NCBI GenBank assembly: GCA_963738245.1
Contig: CAVTWB010000010.1
Span: 161,603 to 225,602, forward strand
Direction: 5' to 3'
Length of the DNA stretch: 64,000 nucleotides
Source of the DNA: an uncultured Verrucomicrobiae bacterium
Lineage (GTDB): Bacteria > Verrucomicrobiota > Verrucomicrobiia > Limisphaerales > UBA11358
The position numbers and the translations under genes are program-made. Shown here piece after piece: positions 56,564 through 63,397 of the stretch. Below the pieces are notes generated by a model that saw only the letters and a list, made by a program, of their open reading frames with translations, ran no database searches and was not told where the DNA came from. Positions within the stretch are counted from its first letter, which is position 1. Each line of letters begins with the position of its first letter.

Positions 56564-57307
56564 ATGTCCGACACGCTCGTCGTCAACGAAGTCTATTTGA
56601 GCCTGCAGGGTGAAAGCACCTTCGCCGGGCTGCCGTGCATTTTCATCCGGCTCACCGCGTGCGACTTGCGCTGCTCCTACTGCGACACCGCCTACGCCTT
56701 CACCGAAGGCAAAAAGAAAACGCTCGCGGAAATTCTGGCGGAAGTCCGTCGGCAGGCCGCGCCGTTTTTGAATTCAAAATTAAATATTCAAAATTCAAAA
56801 CTGCCCTTGGTGGAACTGACCGGCGGCGAGCCGCTGCTCCAGAAAAATTCCCTGCCGCTGATGAAATCGCTCTGCGACGACGGCTTCACCGTTTTGCTCG
56901 AGACCAGCGGCGCGCATGACATTTCCAAAATTGACCCGCGCGTCCGCCGCATCATGGACTTGAAATGCCCGTCCAGCGGCGAAGTTGCCCGCAACCGGTT
57001 TGAAAACATTGCGCACCTGAAAGCCACGGACGAAATCAAATTCGTCATCGGCACGCGGGAGGATTATGATTGGGCCAAGCTGCAAATTGCCGAGCACCAG
57101 CTTGCTTCCGTCTGCCCGCTGCTGTTTTCCTGGGTGCATCCGCTCACGCCGGCGCAGCAGAGCAAGGTGCTCAAAAAAGTTCCCGCCGGGCACACGCCGA
57201 TTTCCCGCCGGGAGCTCGCGGAAAAAATCATCGCCGACGCGCTGCCGGTGCGTTTCCAAATCCAGCAGCACAAAATCATCTGGCCGCCGGAACAGCGCGG
57301 CGTTTAG
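56564..57307 (+). CDS. queE: 7-carboxy-7-deazaguanine synthase QueE (radical SAM)
   Basis: VNEVYLSLQGESTFAGLPCIFIRLTACDLRCSYCDT...ELTGGEPLLQ... Confidence 0.88.
   Translation: MSDTLVVNEVYLSLQGESTFAGLPCIFIRLTACDLRCSYCDTAYAFTEGKKKTLAEILAEVRRQAAPFLNSKLNIQNSKLPLVELTGGEPLLQKNSLPLMKSLCDDGFTVLLETSGAHDISKIDPRVRRIMDLKCPSSGEVARNRFENIAHLKATDEIKFVIGTREDYDWAKLQIAEHQLASVCPLLFSWVHPLTPAQQSKVLKKVPAGHTPISRRELAEKIIADALPVRFQIQQHKIIWPPEQRGV
56771..56803 (+). repeat. 33-nt four-heptamer element E2, in-frame in queE
   Basis: AATTCAAAATTAAATATTCAAAATTCAAAACTG encodes NSKLNIQNSKL directly before PLVELTGGEP. Confidence 0.85.
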
Positions 57308-57308
57308 C

Positions 57309-57388
57309 AATTTACGATTTACGATTGCCGATTTACGATTGGCAAAACAGCGGCGCGTAAATCGTAAATCAAAAATCGTAAATTCGTG
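57309..57388. repeat. inverted pair of 33-nt four-heptamer arms (atttacg words) filling the queE-aminotransferase spacer
   Basis: AATTTAC GATTTAC GATTGCC GATTTAC GATTG gcaaaacagcggcg CGTAAAT CGTAAAT CAAAAAT CGTAAAT TCGTG. The right arm includes the GTG start at 57386. Confidence 0.75.
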
Positions 57389-57714
57389 ACCACAACAGAG
57401 ACTTTTCAATTACTCCGCGACTACGAATCGCGCAACATCGTGTTCATTGAGCCCGACGGCTCGTGGCCGATTGTCTGGGAACGCGCCAAGGGCGTTCACG
57501 TCTGGGATGCGGAGGGCAAAAAATATCTGGATCTGACCGCCGCGTTCGGCGTCGCCGCCGCCGGCCACGCGAATCCAAACGTCGTTCGCGCCGGGACAGA
57601 AACAGATGGCCAAACTGCTGCACGCGATGGGCGATGTGCATCCGCACGCGCTCAAGGCCGAACTCGCGCGGGAATTGAGCCGCATCACTTTCGAGCGGTG
57701 GAGCAGCCTGTCAG

Positions 57715-57747
57715 AACTCAAAACTAAAAATTCAAAATTCAAAACTG
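57715..57747 (+). repeat. 33-nt four-heptamer element E3, in-frame in the aminotransferase but in a different codon phase
   Basis: AACTCAAAACTAAAAATTCAAAATTCAAAACTG is read as (E)LKTKNSKFKT(G) directly before KVIFSNSG. Confidence 0.85.
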
Positions 57748-58448
57748 GAAAAGTGATTTTCTCCAACTCCGGTTTCGAAGCCGTCGAATCCGCGCTGAAA
57801 ACCGCGATGCTCGCCACCGGCAAACGCGGCGTCATTGCGTTTGAGGGCGCGTATCACGGCCTCGGCTACGGAGCACTGAACGCCACGCACCGCGAACATT
57901 TCCGCAGCCCGTTCCGCTCGCAACTGCGCGAATTTGGAAGTTTTGTGACGTTTCCGAATCAACCGGCACAGCTCGCGGCAATTGAAAAAGACATCCGCCA
58001 GATTTTCCGCCGCAAGAAAATCGGCGCGATTCTCGTCGAGCCGGTGCAGGCGCGCGGCGGCATCAACATCCCGCCGACGGAATTTCTGCCGCTGCTCCGC
58101 AAACTTTGCGACAAATTTGGCGCGTTGCTCATCCTCGACGAAATTTACACCGGCTTTGGCCGCACCGGCAAATGGTTCGCGTGCGAGCACAGCGGCGTGG
58201 TTCCTGATTTGATCTGCCTCGGCAAGGCGCTGACCGGCGGTTTTCCGCTGTCGGCCTGCGTCGGCCGCGCGGATTTGATGGACGCCGCGTGGCCGACCTC
58301 GACCGGCGAGGCGATTCACACCAGCACATTCCTCGGCCATCCCGTCGGCTGCGCGATGGCGCTGGCGCAAATCTCTGAAATCCGCCGGCTGAAACTTTGC
58401 GAACGCAGCGCGGTGCTCGGAAAATTTCTTGTTGAACGAGCTTGCTTC

Positions 58449-58483
58449 AATTCAAAATTCAAAATTCAAAATTCAAAATTCTG
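58449..58483 (+). repeat. 35-nt variant E4 of the four-heptamer element, coinciding with an aminotransferase frame break
   Basis: AATTCAAAATTCAAAATTCAAAATTCAAAATTCTG. Compared with the canonical ...CAAAACTG end it has 2 extra nt (TT at 58479-80). Confidence 0.8.
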
Positions 58484-58702
58484 CTGCGCGGCCTCGGTTT
58501 GATGGCCGGCGTGGAATTGACATTGCCCGACGGCAAGCCCGCCACCGAAACGGCGTTGCGCGCGATCAAAACACTGTTGCATCGCGGCTACATTTTCCTG
58601 CCGGAAGGCGAATTTGCCAACGTCATCAGCTTCACGCCGCCGCTGACAATTACCAAAGTCGCAGCTTGCAAAAGCCGTTGCCGCGCTGGCGGAGGTTTTG
58701 CA

Positions 58703-59632
58703 ATGACGCTCACCGAAATGCGCGCGTTGCTGGCGAAACGCGACATCCAACTGACGCGCTCGCTCGGCCAGAATTTTCTCCACGACGGCAACCAACTCCG
58801 GCGCATCGTGGACGCGGCGGAAATCACGCCGGCGGATAAAATTCTGGAAATCGGGCCGGGGCTGGGGCCGTTGACGGAATTGCTTTTGGAAAAAGCCGGC
58901 GAGGTGCTGGCGATTGAAATGGACGCGCGGCTGGTGGATTTTTTGTGCGAGCGGTTCGGCACGGAACAACGGAATCGCCGATTTGCTGGTCGGACGCAGT
59001 TGAGCCGGCCAGCCAGAAAAGCTGTCCGAGCCGGAGCAGAGTGCGGCGTTCCATCTATTGCACGATGACGCGCTGGCATTTCTCAAGCGCGAGCCGCGCG
59101 ACTGGAGCGATTGGAAGCTCGTGGCGAACCTGCCGTATTCCGTCGCCTCGCCGATTTTGGTGGAACTCGCCGCCGGCCCGCGCGCGCCGAAGATGATCGT
59201 CGCCACGCTGCAACTGGAAGTCGCGAAGCGGCTGATGGCGCAGGCGGACGACGACGATTACGGCATCCTGACGCTGCTGGTGCAGCTTGATTTTGAGCCG
59301 CGCGGCAGCTTCAAGATTCCGCCGGAATGTTTTTTCCCGTCGCCGGACGTGGATTCCGCGTGCGTGTGCCTGCGTGCGCCGCGCGACGCCGCTGCTGCCG
59401 GAAAATCTCCGCGCCGACCTTCGTAAAAATCGTCAAGCGCGGCTTCTCGCAACGGCGCAAGATGATGCTGAAATTGTTGAAACAGGATTGGGCGGCGGAC
59501 AAACTGGCGGCCGCGTTTGCCGAATTAAAAATCTCGCCGCAGGAACGCGCGGAGAAATTGAGCTTGGAACAGTTTGTGGCGCTCACGCAATTCTTGAGTA
59601 GCCACAACTTTATGAATAAAAAATTGTTGTAG
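58703..59632 (+). pseudogene. rsmA: 16S rRNA (adenine1518/1519-N6)-dimethyltransferase RsmA/KsgA, multiple frame breaks as assembled
   Basis: MTLTEMRALLAKRDIQLTRSLGQNFL...ILEIGPGLGPLTELLL | ..FHLLHDDALAFL...LVANLPYSVASPIL...FFPSPDVDSACVCL | ..PLLPENL.. | FVKIVKRGFSQRRKMM... Confidence 0.82.
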
Positions 59633-60285
59633 ATATGGAAATCACAGGCATGAAGCATGTCGTAATCGAACGATCACTTGCCGATCTGTTGAATGGAGCT
59701 CTAAAGACAAACCAAGTGCTTGGCGACAAGCTTGATTCAGAAATCCAAACCCTGAATACCGTGCATTCCATTGAATCAATGGAAAGATTTTAGAAGATCG
59801 AATCTCTCCGGTGTGCTCAAACTCATGCAGTCATCATCAAAGTTGCTGAAATTAGTGGAGTCGAAGCTCTCGCAAATTTAATCTTGGACATTTAAATGCG
59901 ACTGGAGAACTAGTTGAGCACGTGGATACGTTAAGCGACTTGGAGCAATTGGTGGTCCAAACCAGAAATTGATTCTGAAAACAATATGAATTGCGCAAAA
60001 GGTGAAACACTTTACGTGAAATTAAAACTAGCTTCATAAATTAAGAAGAGTTGTACCCAAAGCGAAATTCGATAAAGAGTGAAATAATCTATTAAGGAAA
60101 TCGCCGAACGCACTTCGGGCATGGAGCTAAGTCTGAATATTGTGGCGTTCCCAGCCGAATCGGTTAAGAATTTGGAATTATGATAAGAGCATGGCTGCGC
60201 GTTTATTTTAGAAACAGCGACTTTAGTAATACATTTATACTTGAAAATTCAAAAGACGAAAGCGCAATTAATCCAAGTGTAAAAA

Positions 60286-60350
60286 ATGAGCGAAGAAATT
60301 TTTGACATCGTCAACGAGCGCGACGAGGTGATTGGGCAGAACACGCGGCG
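60286..60350 (+). repeat. direct repeat DR1: truncated duplicate of the nudix 5' end
   Basis: 63 of 65 nt are identical to 60950-61014 (ATGAGCGAAGAAATTTTTGACATCGTCAACGAGCGCGACGAGGTG..GGGCAGAACACGCGGCG). Confidence 0.9.
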
Positions 60351-60389
60351 GATGCTTGATTTATTCTGCAACTGCCATAATTTGACTGC

Positions 60390-60599
60390 ATGAAGAACTG
60401 GATTGTCGCTGACCCGGAGCATTTGGGCGGAAGCCCGCGTGTGCGCGGCACGCGCATTTCCGTGGCGCTCATCCTGGAGTCGCTCGCCGCCGGCCTGTCG
60501 GTCGCCGACATCGTGGATGCGTATCCGAGCCTGACCGAGGAATCGGTGCGCGGCGCGCTGGCGGAACTGGCGCATCAGAAAGAACTGCAACCGGCGTGA
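60390..60599 (+). CDS. DUF433-family putative antitoxin
   Basis: ADPEHLGGSPRVRGTRISVALILESLAAGLSVADIVDAYPSLTEESVRGAL is the DUF433 (COG2442) pattern. Confidence 0.8.
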   Translation: MKNWIVADPEHLGGSPRVRGTRISVALILESLAAGLSVADIVDAYPSLTEESVRGALAELAHQKELQPA

Positions 60600-60925
60600 A
60601 AATCCTGCTGGACGAGAACCTGCCGCGAAAACTCGTCGCCGCGTTGCGCGCGGAAGGCCACGAAGTCGAGTCGGTCATCACGCTGCGGATGCAGGGCTTG
60701 GACAACGGCAAACTCTACCAATTCGCGATCCAAAATTTCGAGATCTGTTTCACGCGCGATTTTGGTTTTATCAACAATGTTCGTCAGGGCAAATCGCCGG
60801 AGAAATTCAAATTGCTCCGCGTGACGCTGGAGCAAAAGCCGCAGGACGAATTCGTCAGGGATTTCATCGCCGCATTTCGCGCGGCGGATTTGAAAAAGTT
60901 TCAGCACGGCGACGACTGGCCGTAA
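60596..60925 (+). CDS. DUF5615 / PIN-like (Mut7-C-like, COG4634) putative toxin
   Basis: MKILLDENLPRKLVAALRAEGHEV... It has a 4-nt overlap with the DUF433 gene, the usual partner. Confidence 0.75.
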   Translation: MKILLDENLPRKLVAALRAEGHEVESVITLRMQGLDNGKLYQFAIQNFEICFTRDFGFINNVRQGKSPEKFKLLRVTLEQKPQDEFVRDFIAAFRAADLKKFQHGDDWP

Positions 60926-60949
60926 ATTTTATTTCCACAAAACTGCCGC

Positions 60950-61465
60950 ATGAGCGAAGAAATTTTTGACATCGTCAACGAGCGCGACGAGGTGGTCGGG
61001 CAGAACACGCGGCGCGAGGTTCATGCGCGCGGGTTGTGGCATCGCGCGGTGCATGTGCTGGTGTTCAATGCGCGCGGCGAGGTGTTTCTCCAGAAGCGCT
61101 CGATGAAAAAGGACATCGCCGCCGGCAAATGGGATTCGTCGGCGTCCGGCCATCTGGACAGCGGCGAGGCTTACGACGCGTGTGCGGTGCGCGAGGTGCG
61201 CGAGGAGATCGGACTGAACATTGTGACGACAGACAGCCGCACGCGGCTTTTCAAGATTGACGCGCGCAAGGAGACGGGCTGGGAATTCTGCTGGATTTAC
61301 CGCTGCGAAAACGAAGGGCCGTTCGTTTTGCATCCCGATGAAATCGAGACGGGCGCGTGGTTCGCGCCGGACGCGGTGACGAAGTGGGTGAACGAAAAGC
61401 CGCAGGATTTTGCGAGCGCGTTTGTGCTGATCTGGAAAACATTCGTTAAATCGTTGAAGTGTTGA
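60950..61465 (+). CDS. Nudix hydrolase
   Basis: Nudix box GKWDSSASGHLDSGEAYDACAVREVREEIGL. The 5' 65 nt form DR2. Confidence 0.85.
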   Translation: MSEEIFDIVNERDEVVGQNTRREVHARGLWHRAVHVLVFNARGEVFLQKRSMKKDIAAGKWDSSASGHLDSGEAYDACAVREVREEIGLNIVTTDSRTRLFKIDARKETGWEFCWIYRCENEGPFVLHPDEIETGAWFAPDAVTKWVNEKPQDFASAFVLIWKTFVKSLKC

Positions 61466-61515
61466 ATTGTTATATCGCCCGCAAAATTTCGATTCAACGA
61501 TTCAACAATTTAACC
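61444..61515. repeat. inverted pair of tandem-word arms overlapping the nudix 3' end
   Basis: cgttaaatcgttgaagtgttgaattgtt ... tcgattcaacgattcaacaatttaacc. The left arm encodes the last residues FVKSLKC*. Confidence 0.6.
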
Positions 61516-61569
61516 ATTCAGCGATTCTTCCACACTTTACTTGCGGCGAAAATGGAGTAGTTATTTCCC

Positions 61570-62196
61570 ATGCAAAATTATTTCGTTCCGATTGTGGTGG
61601 AGCAGACCGGGCGCGGTGAGCGGAGCTGGGACATTTATTCCCGCCTGCTCGTGGACCGCATTCTTTTCCTCGGCACGCCGGTGGATGACAACGTCGCCAA
61701 CATCATCATCGCGCAGCTTTTGTTTCTCCAGATGGCCGACCCGAAGAAGGACATCCATCTCTACATCAATTCGCCCGGCGGCAGCGTCACGGCGGGGCTG
61801 GCGATCTACGACACCATTCAATACATGACCTGCGACGTGAACACCTATTGCGTCGGGCAGGCGGCGAGCATGGGCGCGGTGCTGCTGGCGGCGGGCACGA
61901 AGGGCAAGCGTTACGCGCTGCCGAATTCCAACGTCATGATCCACCAGGTGCTCGGCGGCGCCGAAGGGCAGGCGAGCGACGTGGAAATTCGCGTGAAGCA
62001 CATGCTCAAGCTCAAGCAGACGCTGAACGCCATCCTCTCGAAACACACGGGCAAGCCGGTGGAACAGGTGGAGAAGGATTGCGACCGCGACAATTTCATG
62101 ACGGCCGACGAAGCGAAAGCCTACGGCCTCGTGGATCACGTCGTGCAGTCGCGCCGGGAAATTCCCGGCGCGGAAAAAAGCTCCGTGGTGGTTTGA
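61570..62196 (+). CDS. clpP: ATP-dependent Clp protease proteolytic subunit
   Basis: [31 protein letters not shown]...[17 protein letters not shown]...[11 protein letters not shown]...IHQVLGG. Confidence 0.95.
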   Translation: MQNYFVPIVVEQTGRGERSWDIYSRLLVDRILFLGTPVDDNVANIIIAQLLFLQMADPKKDIHLYINSPGGSVTAGLAIYDTIQYMTCDVNTYCVGQAASMGAVLLAAGTKGKRYALPNSNVMIHQVLGGAEGQASDVEIRVKHMLKLKQTLNAILSKHTGKPVEQVEKDCDRDNFMTADEAKAYGLVDHVVQSRREIPGAEKSSVVV

Positions 62197-62253
62197 GAAA
62201 ATCAGGTTGTCAGTCGCGCAGCCAATGAAAGCGGCGTAGTTGGGGCAATTTTC

Positions 62254-62590
62254 CCCTGCGCGCGGGGTAAATTCACCTTCGTGCGGGCATATTTCGTTCC
62301 CGTGCGGGCATCATTTACCCCCGTGCGCCTTGTTTTCGCCTCCATACAGGTGTTTTTCACTCCCCATCGCCTGTTTTCGGCTCCGTGCGGGGCATTTGCT
62401 GGTTCGTGCGGGCGTTTTTCACTCCGTGCGGGCCATCGGCCCGTCCGTGCGCCCGTTTTTCGGTTCGTGCGGAGGATTTGCCGCTCCGTGCGGACCAACT
62501 CCCGCTCCGTGCGGGCGGCCTCGGCTGCCGAACAGCCATTTCCCGTTCCGTGCGGCTGTGCAGAAAAATATTGCGCCCGTCCGCAACCGG
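62254..62590. repeat. tandem array A2: about 16 slots of 20-21 bp (CCGTGCGGGC dyad core plus T-tract)
   Basis: GTGCG cores at 62281, 62302, 62323, 62385, 62406, 62426, 62447, 62467, 62488, 62509 and 62550 (spacings 21, 21, 62, 21, 20, 21, 20, 21, 21, 41). Example units: ttcgtgcgggcgtttttcac, tccgtgcgcccgtttttcgg. Confidence 0.88.
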
Positions 62591-62662
62591 CGTATAAATC
62601 ATTTCTCAATCACTTCGCTCGTTCAGGAAGGAAAACTTAAGCAAATCGAAACGCACACTTCT

Positions 62663-63349
62663 ATGAAACAAAAAATCATCAGTCTTCTAGCGACCTTCAA
62701 ATCCACCGACGCCTTCGGCATCAAATACGCTGCCGACTATCCTGCCGGCAGCGTCGGCGCGACGCAATTCGCCCTCGTTCACGCCGCCGTGCCGCAGACC
62801 AGCACCCTCGGCGCCGCGCAGGTTTCCAGTTCCGAACAAATTGACAGCGCCGTGCTGGGCAAGGTCGCCGGACGATTGCATCTGCGGCAGGACATGCTCG
62901 GCATCACCGACGCCGTTCATTCCCTCGTCCTGCTCGGCACGCCGGGACTCGACGGAAAATTTCACATGCCGCGCAGCGCGGGCGACCAGGCCCTGCTCAA
63001 TTCCGCCCGCGCCTTTGCTGCGGACGCCCCGGCCTTCTCCGCGCCATTCATCAGCGTCGGCCTCGCCGCCGATTTCATCGCCCATCTCACCAGCGACATC
63101 GCCGATTTTGAAACCGTCATTGGCAGCAAAAACACCGGCACCGGCACGGAAGCCGCCGCCACCGGCGGCATGGACGACACCGCGCAAAAAGCCGCCGTGG
63201 CGTTGCATGTGCTGAACACCGTCGTGAAGAACACCTGCAAAAACGACCCGGCTAAGCTCGCCGAATGGGCCACCGCCAGCCATGTCGAAAAACACACGCC
63301 CGTCCCGCGCGCCAAACCGGCTCCGGCTCCGGCGGCGACACAGAAATAA
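62663..63349 (+). CDS. hypothetical protein (228 aa), alanine-rich, no signal peptide
   Basis: ATG-initiated ORF starting 73 nt after array A2, with protein-like composition. The track ORF from 62240 reads through the repeat array and was trimmed. Confidence 0.55.
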   Translation: MKQKIISLLATFKSTDAFGIKYAADYPAGSVGATQFALVHAAVPQTSTLGAAQVSSSEQIDSAVLGKVAGRLHLRQDMLGITDAVHSLVLLGTPGLDGKFHMPRSAGDQALLNSARAFAADAPAFSAPFISVGLAADFIAHLTSDIADFETVIGSKNTGTGTEAAATGGMDDTAQKAAVALHVLNTVVKNTCKNDPAKLAEWATASHVEKHTPVPRAKPAPAPAATQK

Positions 63350-63397
63350 GACAATTGTGAAACTCTTTGCGAGTTTTCACCAAACGGCAAAACTTTT

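Larger units (their letters stand above)
57386..58706 (+). pseudogene. class-III pyridoxal-phosphate aminotransferase (acetylornithine/GABA-AT-like), three frame breaks as assembled
   Basis: ..WDAEGKKYLDLTAAFGVAAAGHANPNVVRAG | QKQMAKLLH...FSNSGFEAVESALK...LDEIYTGFGRTGKWFA...LGKALTGGFP... | LLRGLGLMAGVEL...FTPPLTITK | SQLAKAVAALAEVLQ*. Confidence 0.85.

Noticed and set aside
62254-62590. CRISPR array.
   Set aside because: The cores are about 10 nt and the spacers about 11 nt, far below CRISPR repeat and spacer sizes. The units are degenerate and there are no cas genes in the window.
62240-62662. N-terminal extension of the 62240..63349 ORF and the other ORFs crossing array A2 (VRAxFxP- or ARTER-type heptad peptides); the same applies to 17200..17388 and 17367..17807 across array A1.
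   Set aside because: Repeat unit lengths vary (20, 21, 22, 24 nt), so no single frame is preserved from unit to unit. Several frames are open only because the sequence is GC-rich. One of the ORFs also runs antisense into purQ.
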